DNA of 64,000 bases from the IMG/VR virus record IMGVR_UViG_3300042287_000907. The stretch is one strand, 5' to 3'. Position numbers and translations under genes: made by a program. Under the pieces are notes generated by a model. It was not told where the DNA came from, ran no database searches, and was given only the letters and a program-made list of their open reading frames with translations. How positions within the stretch are numbered: position 1 is the first letter of the stretch; every line of letters starts with the position of its first letter. This DNA is from a virus. Shown one piece after another: positions 34,886-44,891 of this stretch.

Positions 34886-35808
34886 CACAAAACATTCATT
34901 CTGGAATAAATTTTGGTTTCGAGGACAAAAAATTTTATGTAGAATATAGTTGTTCTCGGCCAGTTGAAAATCTCAGAAAGGAATTTGATAGACGTGCTGT
35001 ATCGTTGTATGAAAAAAATCCTAAACTTATGCTAGGATTAAGTACCGGTCTAGATAGTCAAGCAGTATTACACAGTTTTTTTACTCAGGGGATTCCTATA
35101 GAAGTTGCCTTTCTTTATCTGAAAGGATCTAACGAAAATGAACTAGAACGTTTAAAATTTTTAGAAAAGAAATATAATTTTAAATCTATAATAATAGAAA
35201 TGGATCCTTATCAAAAGAAAGATGAACTTTTAGAATTAACTAGACAAACCGGGCTGGCTCCATATCAACACATGCATACTCAGTTCCTAAATCAGCTGCC
35301 AGGAGATTATGATTTTATACAAGGAATACATGGCCCAGACCTTTTGTACAAAAATGATAAATGGTACATGTTAGAAACTGCTAACTCTTTTGAAATCGCT
35401 AGATTAAGAGCACTACAATTGTCAAACAGAACAGGCGATATTATTGGTTGGGAAAGATTTGGAGAAATGCTACTCAGTTTACTAACCGACGATGTTGTGC
35501 AGGCGTTTTTGCATGCCTACCCTTACATCAAAGATAATGGGTTAAGAGATAGTAATGGAGAAAAAATTAGGATAATCGATCATTGGGATCTTTACATAAA
35601 ACCATTCATCTACGGTAAGTATTGGAAAGACGAATTAGAATATTATCCCAAGTATCAAGGTCCAGAAAAAGTTGATTGGATCATGAATACACAATGGCAC
35701 AAATACATGGAAAACTTGGTCCCGATACCATTATTTGATCTCGTAGATCATCTATCTAAATTTAATGGCGAAACTGCTAGGTTCTGGCAGAGATCCGACA
35801 ATAGCTGA
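34882..35808 (+). CDS. PP-loop protein
   Basis: LGLSTGLDSQ; shares WDLYIKP...PKYQG with 33887. Confidence 0.65.
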   Translation: MTQNIHSGINFGFEDKKFYVEYSCSRPVENLRKEFDRRAVSLYEKNPKLMLGLSTGLDSQAVLHSFFTQGIPIEVAFLYLKGSNENELERLKFLEKKYNFKSIIIEMDPYQKKDELLELTRQTGLAPYQHMHTQFLNQLPGDYDFIQGIHGPDLLYKNDKWYMLETANSFEIARLRALQLSNRTGDIIGWERFGEMLLSLLTDDVVQAFLHAYPYIKDNGLRDSNGEKIRIIDHWDLYIKPFIYGKYWKDELEYYPKYQGPEKVDWIMNTQWHKYMENLVPIPLFDLVDHLSKFNGETARFWQRSDNS

Positions 35809-36692
35809 TCATAGTTTCTATCGTAGTGTCTCCTGAACGTAAAACCGTTGTATTTTTTTTCTAAAAAGTTTTCAAATTCTAGTATTAGGTCTTGACAATT
35901 TTCAAACCCGGTTTTTTTCTTTCTTTCTAGCAAGTCCGGATAAGCTTCTCGATATCCTATAATCTTAGTTGAATTGGTTCCTAATTTTCCATAATATTCA
36001 TCATTGATCAGCTTCTTGATCCAGGTTGTGTTATTCCATGCTGTCATGAGACTCGGTGACCATTTAAAATATTCCATGACCGCTGGCCTATTTTTATAAA
36101 TCATATATTTTGACCAACCTATATCATGTTCCCAGCAACTCATTAACCATGTTCCTTGTTTAGAATAATCATTGTCTGTTCTATTCCATGACGGAACACC
36201 TTCGGAATAGATTGGTAATCCGTCAGTGTATTCCATGAATTTCAATTGAGGTAACACCATGGCTCTGTCTATTTGCGCATTTTCAGAAATAGTTTCAGCT
36301 TCCTGTTCATAATAATTTTTAAGACTGAAATCTATTATTCTGTATTTTACATCTAGCATGGAGCAGACAGTTACAGCATAACTCACATCGTACATGTTGT
36401 AATCGTTTTCGTATCTAAAGATACAGACTTCTGGATCGGCTCCTATTTCTAAAAACGATCTGAGAACTATCTCGCTGTCTATACCACCGCTAAACATTAT
36501 ACAAGGTCTTAGCCCGGGATAATGATCAAGTATATCTTTTGAAGCTAACAGTAGTTCTTGCCTAAAAGTTCCGACACTCACAGAGTCGACCTCGAAGGCT
36601 GTTGAAAACACATCGTCCTTGGAAAACGATCTAGAAAATTTTTCTCCATTATAGGACCAATTGTACCAATTTTGAGAAGATGTATAGATCAT
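35748..36692 (-). CDS. PP-loop protein (asparagine-synthetase-like)
   Basis: IMFSGGIDSE...RKKKTGF. Confidence 0.7.
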   Translation of the reverse strand: MIYTSSQNWYNWSYNGEKFSRSFSKDDVFSTAFEVDSVSVGTFRQELLLASKDILDHYPGLRPCIMFSGGIDSEIVLRSFLEIGADPEVCIFRYENDYNMYDVSYAVTVCSMLDVKYRIIDFSLKNYYEQEAETISENAQIDRAMVLPQLKFMEYTDGLPIYSEGVPSWNRTDNDYSKQGTWLMSCWEHDIGWSKYMIYKNRPAVMEYFKWSPSLMTAWNNTTWIKKLINDEYYGKLGTNSTKIIGYREAYPDLLERKKKTGFENCQDLILEFENFLEKKYNGFTFRRHYDRNYDQLLSDLCQNLAVSPLNLDR

Positions 36693-37117
36693 TTTAATTC
36701 AGTTCCAAAAATTCTGTCCCATACTGGGAAAAATAAACCAAAATTCTTATCCGGTCGGCGATGGTGTTTCAAATGCCATTCTCCGCAGGTTAGTAATGGT
36801 AAATTAAAACCTCGTCTATGTTCTAAAGGTTCTTGAAGAAAGGCCGCCCATATATAATAAAAAATCGCTATCCACCATTGACCAGTTATCCAGCTAAAAA
36901 TTATTGTAGGAATAACTTCAGTAAACCATAGATCGATCGTGCTTGGCCAGTCATCGTTAAAAAGAAATAAATTATTCCAGTGCCATCCGGTTATTGTTTT
37001 AATCACATAAACATGATGATGTCTATGAAATTCTTTTATATAGGGAGTTTTATGACCTATTCTGTGTATCCAGTACAAAACAAAGGTCCATAAGAAAAAA
37101 TAAAAAATATATTCCAT
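36689..37117 (-). CDS. Sterol desaturase / fatty-acid hydroxylase family protein
   Basis: His boxes HRIGH, HRHHH and HLKHH; NFG...WDRIFGT. Confidence 0.85.
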   Translation of the reverse strand: MEYIFYFFLWTFVLYWIHRIGHKTPYIKEFHRHHHVYVIKTITGWHWNNLFLFNDDWPSTIDLWFTEVIPTIIFSWITGQWWIAIFYYIWAAFLQEPLEHRRGFNLPLLTCGEWHLKHHRRPDKNFGLFFPVWDRIFGTELK

Positions 37118-37118
37118 A

Positions 37119-37907
37119 TTAATCTATTCTAATTATTTTTATTAGCCAAAAAGTCGGATCAAATTCCCACCACTTGCGACCATAATTAGGATTACGACCG
37201 TCGCCGTGATGATTGTTGTGCCATGCCTCTCCCAGGATAATCGGAAACAGCCAAGGAACATTGACACTGTCGTCCACAAGATCATAATTCTTATACCCGA
37301 CCCAAGAAAGATGTGTGCCGCTGGTCTGAATTAAAAAACTATGTAAAGTGATAAAGGCAGCAAACCCCATAAGGTATAACCATAATTCAAAATTTATCAG
37401 GGCCACAGCTAGGTGACTCAACCAGAATATTTTGATATAATGTTTGTGCGCAAAAATCATGTCGCTGTCTCTCAACAGATCTAATACTGATCTAATGCTC
37501 ATTGCCCTCATTTTAAACATCCATAGAATGTAACTGTGCCAAAACCCGTGTCTAGGACTATGAGCATCCTTGTCAGTGTCTGTGTATCTATGGTGATATC
37601 CTCGGTGTATTCCTATCCAATATATAGGACTTCCCTGTCCGGCGATTATCGCAAACCACAACAATAGACGTTTGGTTATTTTGTTGACTTTGTATCCGCC
37701 ATGGCAAAATAGACGATGATACCCTGCTGAAATTCCTAGCATTTTCATGCAGATGTAACCAATTAAGGTAGCAACCCACCACCAATCTGGTGGCGAACTA
37801 AAAAATATCGAGTATAACGCATATACACCGACTGCCTGCATCGGAACAATACTGCCCCACAGGTTAGGAAAATGAACAATATTTTTAATTATAGACATCT
37901 TTTCCAT
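37119..37907 (-). CDS. Delta-9-type fatty acid desaturase
   Basis: GYHRLFCH, HRGYHH...DAHSP and GEAWHNNHH. Confidence 0.9.
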   Translation of the reverse strand: MEKMSIIKNIVHFPNLWGSIVPMQAVGVYALYSIFFSSPPDWWWVATLIGYICMKMLGISAGYHRLFCHGGYKVNKITKRLLLWFAIIAGQGSPIYWIGIHRGYHHRYTDTDKDAHSPRHGFWHSYILWMFKMRAMSIRSVLDLLRDSDMIFAHKHYIKIFWLSHLAVALINFELWLYLMGFAAFITLHSFLIQTSGTHLSWVGYKNYDLVDDSVNVPWLFPIILGEAWHNNHHGDGRNPNYGRKWWEFDPTFWLIKIIRID

Positions 37908-38434
37908 TCTTCTAAAATACTTTTATCTCCTTGATAGATTATTTTTTGCCAACAACTATCGTCAGATTCATTACTACAGGTAAGATATTTGAATTCATTT
38001 TTACAAAATTGAATATCATAAACAGATTTGAATTGGTTTATCACCCAGTCTTCCCAGTTATTGCTTTGCCGACTGATAAAAATCAATCTGCATTCTGTGT
38101 TCTCTTTAAGCCAATTTATTTGACTGAGGGCTGTTTCTGCAAAACTAGGACTCATGATTTTAGGGTAGTTAATTCTATTGGAAGGTTTCCATAATCTATT
38201 TAATATTCTATAGGTTTCTTTAGGCCAACAATTTTTAATGGCTATGCTAGAACACATTTCCGGAATACCGTCATCATTATAGCATATAGTAAATGCTGAT
38301 GCCTGAGACAGTGTTTCTCTATTGTAGTTCTTCCATAGTTTGTGAGATACATCGTTGTATTGAATATTTCTCAAATATTCGAATTCATCATCTAATGTTT
38401 TGTTTGTAGTAGGTTTCCAAGTTATGGTTTTCAT
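37889..38434 (-). CDS. Hypothetical protein (possibly GNAT-like)
   Basis: ORF track; RILNRLW motif; fold guess only. Confidence 0.5.
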   Translation of the reverse strand: MKTITWKPTTNKTLDDEFEYLRNIQYNDVSHKLWKNYNRETLSQASAFTICYNDDGIPEMCSSIAIKNCWPKETYRILNRLWKPSNRINYPKIMSPSFAETALSQINWLKENTECRLIFISRQSNNWEDWVINQFKSVYDIQFCKNEFKYLTCSNESDDSCWQKIIYQGDKSILEEWKRCL

Positions 38435-39930
38435 TATATAATCTTTTTCTTCTTGACAATGTAATACCAAACTATCATCATGACAGCTATTAAAATAAAT
38501 GTCATAGATATAGGTTTATCTAAAAATATAAACCAATCTCCTCTACTAATAATTAAAGATCGCCTTAGATGTTCTTCAAACATCTTTCCTATAACAAAAC
38601 TTAATAACACAGGTGAGGGATCACAATCTAATAATTTCAACACAACTGCGGCGATTGAAAGGGGTAATAACAATCCCATTATAAGCCAACTCTGAGTTAC
38701 TACATATGCAGCAATTAAACACGTCAGCAATATTATAATACTTAATACACTTTGAGGAATTCTAGTAATACTAACCCATAAGCTGATCAACGGAAGATTT
38801 AAAATTATTAAGAAGAAATTCCCGATCCACATAGAAACAATTAGAGTCCAAAACAATCCAGGATTGAAAGAAATCAGTTGAGGACCTGGCTGGAGTCCGA
38901 AAAGTAAAAGAACGCTTAAAATTATTGCCATGGTAGGACCAGTGGGTATTCCGAAACTTAGCAAAGGAATAAAACTAGTCTGAGCCGAAGCGTTGTTGGC
39001 GCTTTCAGGAGAAGCAATGCCTTCGATTGCTCCTTTTCCAAATTTTTCTGGATGCTTACTAATTCTTTTTTCTAAGGCATAACTTACCACAGAAGCCAGA
39101 ATTGGACCTGCTCCTGGAAGAATGCCCAACACCGATCCAATAACTGTACCTCTTAATATAGGCATAATTGCGATCCCTATTTCTTCCTTCGTGGGATACA
39201 TGTCTTTAAATTTTAAACCAGAACATTTTTCTATAATGATTTCTTTTTCTTGGCAAATAAAATTATAAAATACTTCAGCAATACCAAAAACAGACATCGC
39301 TAATATTACAAAAGGCAAACCTTCACCTAATGCAGGTATCCCAAATGTCATCCTTTCTATTCCAGAATTCACATCGTATCCTATGGTTGATAGCAGCAGT
39401 CCTAGCATCACCATTGAAAAAGATTTCAAAAAAGAATCTCCACCCAACACTATTACGGATAACAATCCCAACCCCATTAAGGATGCATATTCTACAGGAC
39501 CAAAATAGAATGCCAGCTGAGATGCAGGCACGGCAAACAATGCTATAGCTATGGTAGAGAAAGTTCCTGCCACAAATGAGCCAATGGCTGAGATAGAAAG
39601 TGCTGTGCCTGATTTACCCATTTGTGACAATGCATACCCGTCATTTACTATTACAACAGATGATGCTTCTCCTGGCAGTTTCAATAAAATTGCCGTGATA
39701 GAACCACCGTATTGAGTTCCATAATATATTCCTGCTAAAAAAATTATCGCTGTTACCGGATTTGGTATCATTAAAACACCTGGCAACAGGATACTCATTG
39801 ATGTGGCTGGGCCTAGTCCCGGCAACACTCCTACCAATGTGCCTAAGAAAACACCAGCAAAGCAATACAACAAATTCTGTAAAGAAAATGCTTCACTGCC
39901 ATACATGAGGGCCTGCTGTATTATTTCCAT
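38434..39930 (-). CDS. tctA: Tripartite tricarboxylate transporter large permease
   Basis: [12 protein letters not shown]...PG, PESANNA and GIPTG motifs; polytopic membrane protein. Confidence 0.92.
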   Translation of the reverse strand: MEIIQQALMYGSEAFSLQNLLYCFAGVFLGTLVGVLPGLGPATSMSILLPGVLMIPNPVTAIIFLAGIYYGTQYGGSITAILLKLPGEASSVVIVNDGYALSQMGKSGTALSISAIGSFVAGTFSTIAIALFAVPASQLAFYFGPVEYASLMGLGLLSVIVLGGDSFLKSFSMVMLGLLLSTIGYDVNSGIERMTFGIPALGEGLPFVILAMSVFGIAEVFYNFICQEKEIIIEKCSGLKFKDMYPTKEEIGIAIMPILRGTVIGSVLGILPGAGPILASVVSYALEKRISKHPEKFGKGAIEGIASPESANNASAQTSFIPLLSFGIPTGPTMAIILSVLLLFGLQPGPQLISFNPGLFWTLIVSMWIGNFFLIILNLPLISLWVSITRIPQSVLSIIILLTCLIAAYVVTQSWLIMGLLLPLSIAAVVLKLLDCDPSPVLLSFVIGKMFEEHLRRSLIISRGDWFIFLDKPISMTFILIAVMMIVWYYIVKKKKII

Positions 39931-40121
39931 TTTACAGATGAAAAAATTAAAATCAAACCGTTAACTGCCAGGATAGCGGAGAGACCCGAAGGAAAGAATC
40001 CAGGAGGGATCTGCGAAAAATCTTGCAGAGAAGACATGTAAAATAACGATTCGTAGAAAAATAACAGGCCTATAGAAATAAAAAGGATACCCAAAATAAA
40101 ATTTTTTTTGTCAACAATCAT
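39921..40121 (-). CDS. tctB: TctB-like small subunit (short, two TM)
   Basis: PPGFFP motif between two TM helices; immediately upstream of tctA. Confidence 0.65.
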   Translation of the reverse strand: MIVDKKNFILGILFISIGLLFFYESLFYMSSLQDFSQIPPGFFPSGLSAILAVNGLILIFSSVKWK

Positions 40122-40156
40122 CTAGTTAAATATAGAATAAACATGCAGTATATTTA

Positions 40157-40735
40157 ATGAAACTATCATTCGACCAAAAATATTATTATGGAATTTTGCT
40201 GTCAGGCGGACTTGATAGTGCTATTCTTTTGTATCTGTTGGTCAAACACAATAAAGGAATTAAAATACAACCATTCACTATTCCAAAGAAAGATGGCGCA
40301 TACCTGTATGCTGATCCCATAATTGATTTTTTTAACCGTAAGTTTAATTTTAACATACCAGGTACTGTTAAGGCAGGTAGTCCAGATGTTCATCATAGCC
40401 AACAAAATGCATCTGCTGTGAAAGAAGTATTTCAAAAACATCAAATAGATAAAATTTTTATAGCTTTAAACCCTGTACCAGATGCTTTAAAAAACTATCC
40501 CGGTGTCCCCAACAGAGCCAAAGAAAGTATTGATCCTAGAATAATTTTTCCTTTCGTGGATTTTACCAAAGAAAAAATTTTATCTATGTTGTTTGATAAT
40601 AGCTTAGAAGAACTGATTTCATTAACTCATTCTTGTACCGAACAACAAGTAGGAAGATGCGGAACCTGTTGGCAATGCCAAGAAAGAGCATGGGCATTTC
40701 AAGAATTAAAAAAACAAGACTGCGGAATAAATTAA
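40157..40735 (+). CDS. QueC-like PP-loop ATPase
   Basis: LLSGGLDS and THSC...CGTCWQCQER zinc motif. Confidence 0.7.
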   Translation: MKLSFDQKYYYGILLSGGLDSAILLYLLVKHNKGIKIQPFTIPKKDGAYLYADPIIDFFNRKFNFNIPGTVKAGSPDVHHSQQNASAVKEVFQKHQIDKIFIALNPVPDALKNYPGVPNRAKESIDPRIIFPFVDFTKEKILSMLFDNSLEELISLTHSCTEQQVGRCGTCWQCQERAWAFQELKKQDCGIN

Positions 40736-40736
40736 C

Positions 40737-41441
40737 ATGTCTAATATCATAGTTCCACCCGGTGTTAGCGGAAGATCTCAGAATTATTCTCCCGATAATG
40801 TTTCTGCAGAAGACATTAAAAACGAACTCACATTATCAAATCTAGGAAGTTTTGAACCTTTAAAATTTAAAATTGATTGTCGATCTTTTATGGAAGAAAT
40901 AAAACACTTTGAAAATGATTGGCAAGATTATCTACCTAGAACCGACAGGCCTAATAATAGACAGTCTTTGACATTAACTAATCTTCCAGGGTCGGATCAT
41001 AAAACAAATCCTAGTTTGGCTCAAGCAAGCTACGCTGCCGGAAGAAGACTAAGCGAATTAGAATTTAATCAACCTACAGCAGTTTATAATGCCTGTCATA
41101 GTTTACACGGATTCTTAAATTTATGGAGTCCTCTTGGGAGAACTTTTCTTGTAAAAAGCAATATAGGTGGACATTTTGTGCCGCATAGAGATCATCCCAG
41201 TATGCCTCGTGATGTTTTTAGATTAATAGTATTTTTAAACAATTGTGGCCCCTATGACTATGATTGGTTAATGGATGATCGAAAGTTGAACATTGAACAC
41301 GGCAGGGCGTATTATGTTAATACCAGACATACTCACAGAACTATTTCTTGGGTGAATGACAGCATACATTTAATTCTCAATATTCCCATGACTGCGGAAA
41401 ATGTAGATAAAATTATCGCTAATTTACAGCACACTCACTGA
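40737..41441 (+). CDS. Aspartyl beta-hydroxylase-like oxygenase
   Basis: GGHFVPHRD...NTRHTH. Confidence 0.65.
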   Translation: MSNIIVPPGVSGRSQNYSPDNVSAEDIKNELTLSNLGSFEPLKFKIDCRSFMEEIKHFENDWQDYLPRTDRPNNRQSLTLTNLPGSDHKTNPSLAQASYAAGRRLSELEFNQPTAVYNACHSLHGFLNLWSPLGRTFLVKSNIGGHFVPHRDHPSMPRDVFRLIVFLNNCGPYDYDWLMDDRKLNIEHGRAYYVNTRHTHRTISWVNDSIHLILNIPMTAENVDKIIANLQHTH

Positions 41442-41969
41442 TTGTAATTTTTCCTCTATAGCGTACCAGTCTTCGATAAAAAAACTTCTTAAACTTACAA
41501 CTGCCATCCATTTTTCTGGATCAGGATTATACCCAGTGTGCCAGTTTGTTCCGGGGGTAAATTTAACAGCACCTTTAGTAAATGACCATGAATCTATTAA
41601 TTCGGCATTTTCTGGTTTAATGATAGGTATTCCGTAGGAATTGTTTGGGGGAGCAACTAAATTTCCGGTTGGCCTGTTTAACTTATCTAAATTTTTGTAT
41701 ATCTCAAGTTCTGCATGTTTGAATTCATCTGTGGTAAAATCTAATGCCCATGGAGTAGGTCCATGATCTCCCATGTCTACATGTATAGGCATTCTGTGTC
41801 TGGGCTTAATCCAGCCAACAACACAGCGTATGTCTCTACCTCTACACACATCTTGTAAGTTAAATTCTTCTATCCACGGACTTGCTGAATGAATGGCCGC
41901 GATATAATATGTGGTCGCGGTGTTATCGGGAACGAATTTAGTATAAGGTAGTTGTATAGAAGTAAACAT
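41424..41969 (-). CDS. HxD...H DSBH oxygenase-like protein
   Basis: PIHVD...WHTG. Confidence 0.6.
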   Translation of the reverse strand: MFTSIQLPYTKFVPDNTATTYYIAAIHSASPWIEEFNLQDVCRGRDIRCVVGWIKPRHRMPIHVDMGDHGPTPWALDFTTDEFKHAELEIYKNLDKLNRPTGNLVAPPNNSYGIPIIKPENAELIDSWSFTKGAVKFTPGTNWHTGYNPDPEKWMAVVSLRSFFIEDWYAIEEKLQSVSVL

Positions 41970-42526
41970 TATTTTATATATTTAGATAGCTTTTCACCTA
42001 GAGATTCAAAAGTTTCGTCAAACCTCAGAGTACAGGCCACTCGTCTTTGGATGTGAGGAAAACTTTTTACTCTATGGATAATTTGAGGATTAAAAATCAC
42101 CGGTCCGGGAGTGTCCCATTTATCAATGACTGTTCTTGCGTCTGGCCAAACTGTGGCATCATCGATTCTTCCCTTAGGATCAAATTTCGGTGTGGCATTT
42201 TCTTCGCTGTAAAATTCCACCCAGGTTCCGGGAGTAAAATTCCAATTAATTCCACATTGTCTTTTTGCGACAACGCCATCGTCAGAAAACCAATTTCCGT
42301 CTGTGTGTGGAGGCCTAGGTCTTAATGTCCACCAATTGATCATTAAAAATGTATTTCTTAATTTCACATTGTTTTCTTGGAAACACTCAATTAATTCTGG
42401 ATTAAGATACTCAGTAGAATGCAATTTGTCCATGCGATTTTCTGGCCAATCGTTGTTTAATAGATAATCCACTGGATGACTGAAAGGAAATATATCTAAT
42501 GCTAACTTGATGTAACAGGTATTCAT
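41969..42526 (-). CDS. HxD...H DSBH oxygenase-like protein
   Basis: PHTDG...INWNFTPG...IHRV; close paralog of 42523. Confidence 0.6.
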   Translation of the reverse strand: MNTCYIKLALDIFPFSHPVDYLLNNDWPENRMDKLHSTEYLNPELIECFQENNVKLRNTFLMINWWTLRPRPPHTDGNWFSDDGVVAKRQCGINWNFTPGTWVEFYSEENATPKFDPKGRIDDATVWPDARTVIDKWDTPGPVIFNPQIIHRVKSFPHIQRRVACTLRFDETFESLGEKLSKYIK

Positions 42527-43047
42527 TTTTTTAAATAGTCTTTTAGTTTTTCTTTAACAGAAAAATAAGGTTCATCAAATCCAATACTGTATGTTAGTCT
42601 ACGCACAGTTTGATTTATGTTTTTGACTGTATGAGGAATCTGTGTATTGATTAGTGCTGGACCGAGAGAATCCCATATTGCTATAGGTTCTGACGAAGTT
42701 TTCCAAAATATATTTGTAGTATCCTGTGATCTTATATAATCATTTCCTGGAATTTTTTCATAGAACTCGACCCAAGATCCCGGAGTAAAATTCCAGTTTA
42801 ATGCAGTATTTCTAAAGCCGTCGGTATGAGGAAATGTTACTTTATCACCAAACCAATAAATTAATAACCACTTTGGCCTTATTGAAATTTTACAACTGTG
42901 TAAAAAATCTACTAGTTCATTATTCAGTTCAGAAATATCCCTAACTTGGGTCATTTGATTTTCTAAAAATGTATCTAAGTTAACCGAATTAATAGATTCT
43001 TTGAGTGGATGGATTTTAATATCTAATTCAACGTAACAGGTATTCAT
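42523..43047 (-). CDS. HxD...H DSBH oxygenase-like protein
   Basis: PHTDG...LNWNFTPG...PHTV. Confidence 0.6.
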   Translation of the reverse strand: MNTCYVELDIKIHPLKESINSVNLDTFLENQMTQVRDISELNNELVDFLHSCKISIRPKWLLIYWFGDKVTFPHTDGFRNTALNWNFTPGSWVEFYEKIPGNDYIRSQDTTNIFWKTSSEPIAIWDSLGPALINTQIPHTVKNINQTVRRLTYSIGFDEPYFSVKEKLKDYLKK

Positions 43048-43574
43048 TCTATATTTAATCTAGATTTTACCTCGTTATAGTTTAATCTGTCTTTGGTAAT
43101 TTTATCTCCGACAACAATACTAATACACCATCGATCATTTTTACCATTTACTACTGTATGAAAATCACCGACATTTACAAGATTTAGATTAATCAGAGTC
43201 GCTTGACAAATTTCTTCAGCATTGGTTTTTTCTAATTTGAGATATCTAGTATTAGATTTGCTGTAGGCGTATATTATTTTATTATGGTCTGCGGCTTTAT
43301 ACCAATGCATTACGCTGTCATTGCCATTGATAATGTAATTTAATTTGCATTTATTATCAATTTCGTGTCCGTCGCAGTGTATATCATACGATCGATTTGG
43401 TGGTAGATAAAATATCTCTGTCCATAATACCACGGCATCAAGCGTATTTTCTAGCCATTGGTGCACTTTTTCGGGCAACAAATTGATATTACATTTGGTC
43501 TGTTGATCGACAAACTCCGTAAGATCGAGATCGATAGAAAAAGGCAATTCAACCGGATGATAAAAATTATTCAT
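43044..43574 (-). CDS. HxD...H DSBH oxygenase-like protein
   Basis: IHCDG...FHTV...RWCIS. Confidence 0.6.
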   Translation of the reverse strand: MNNFYHPVELPFSIDLDLTEFVDQQTKCNINLLPEKVHQWLENTLDAVVLWTEIFYLPPNRSYDIHCDGHEIDNKCKLNYIINGNDSVMHWYKAADHNKIIYAYSKSNTRYLKLEKTNAEEICQATLINLNLVNVGDFHTVVNGKNDRWCISIVVGDKITKDRLNYNEVKSRLNIE

Positions 43575-44098
43575 TGAAATTTATCTCGGACATCTTCAAA
43601 TTTAAATTCTTTATTGACACTCCAACTAAGAATTATTCTTGGTTTTGAACTATTGTTAATAACCATGTGGGGAATTGAATTATTGATCAACGTAGGTTCT
43701 AGCAAAGTAAATCTAAAAAGTTCCGTTACTTCCGACTTGATTAAATTATAAACGTTTTTAGAATCATATTCTAAAATTGGATCTTTAACATGCTCATAGA
43801 AAATTGTTACGCTGTCTTCGGTGTTCTCAATAGGTATATTCAACGCCGCTGATCGTTGAGCATCAACGTGCAAAGGAATTTTACGATTTCCTGGTAGAGT
43901 ATATATATTATAAATGCTGCTTAAAAACGGATACTTAGATTGTATTTTTTGTAGATAAGGATGATCTGACACTGATCTATGATGGGAAGCATTCAGATTT
44001 TTATCGGATGAAAACTGATTTAGAAAAACTATTTCTTTGATTTCTTCTAGATTTAAATCTAATTTAGGTTGGTAAATTAGATTTGTTTTTTTGTTCAT
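43571..44098 (-). CDS. HxD...H DSBH oxygenase-like protein
   Basis: LHVD...LNIP...PHMV...RIILS. Confidence 0.6.
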   Translation of the reverse strand: MNKKTNLIYQPKLDLNLEEIKEIVFLNQFSSDKNLNASHHRSVSDHPYLQKIQSKYPFLSSIYNIYTLPGNRKIPLHVDAQRSAALNIPIENTEDSVTIFYEHVKDPILEYDSKNVYNLIKSEVTELFRFTLLEPTLINNSIPHMVINNSSKPRIILSWSVNKEFKFEDVRDKFQ

Positions 44099-44168
44099 GG
44101 TTTCTATTAGTTTTAAAATTATGTTACAGCTGACGATTATTTATTGAAACAATTTTAAATAGAAACAG

Positions 44169-44888
44169 TTAAGTTTTTTTGGTAAAAATACTTATTCCTA
44201 ATTTTGAATGCACCCCTACCCTACGAAAGTCACTGGCACAATGCAGTCGAATGCTGTCAAATATTATGGCATTTCTAGGAATCCAAGGAATCATACATTT
44301 TATGCTCATCCCATCCAACCAATGTTTCTTTAGATGGGTGAAATATGTTTCATATAGTTTTTGATCAAACTCAGCTGCTGCAAGATTTTCTATTCTTGAA
44401 TAATCATATATCTGTTCATTGTAGTAGGTCGGTATATCGTTTTCGTTTTTAAAAAACTTTGCTGGACCGTGAAAATATAGTTGATCAAAAAAGCATAGAT
44501 GAGGAAATTCTTTTACATTTTCGCCGTACAATTTCAATGGTAGTGTTATACCTTTGTATACGTCATTCGGTAACTCGAATGTATCGTCATTGTGAATAAC
44601 ATGCGGGTACTCTGTTTTATAAAAAAAAGCTGCGGTGATTACATAATTTCCTATTATTGATTTTAACCTATCAATAATATTAGTCACTACTTGATCTTGA
44701 TTAAAATTATTAAGATTTAAAGTTACAGGACCTGTATTTTTTTTAATTATTGAAGAACAATTATTGTCTTGAGATTGTTCAAAAATTTTTATTAGATATG
44801 ATACTTCGTCTTCAAGAAGAAAATTCGGAACGAAGAAGGGATCAGTTATATTAGACCTAATAACAGATATTTCTTCTTCGTTCCTCAT
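44169..44888 (-). CDS. HxD...H DSBH oxygenase-like protein
   Basis: IHNDD...FDSIRLHCA. Confidence 0.6.
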   Translation of the reverse strand: MRNEEEISVIRSNITDPFFVPNFLLEDEVSYLIKIFEQSQDNNCSSIIKKNTGPVTLNLNNFNQDQVVTNIIDRLKSIIGNYVITAAFFYKTEYPHVIHNDDTFELPNDVYKGITLPLKLYGENVKEFPHLCFFDQLYFHGPAKFFKNENDIPTYYNEQIYDYSRIENLAAAEFDQKLYETYFTHLKKHWLDGMSIKCMIPWIPRNAIIFDSIRLHCASDFRRVGVHSKLGISIFTKKT

Positions 44889-44891
44889 TTT

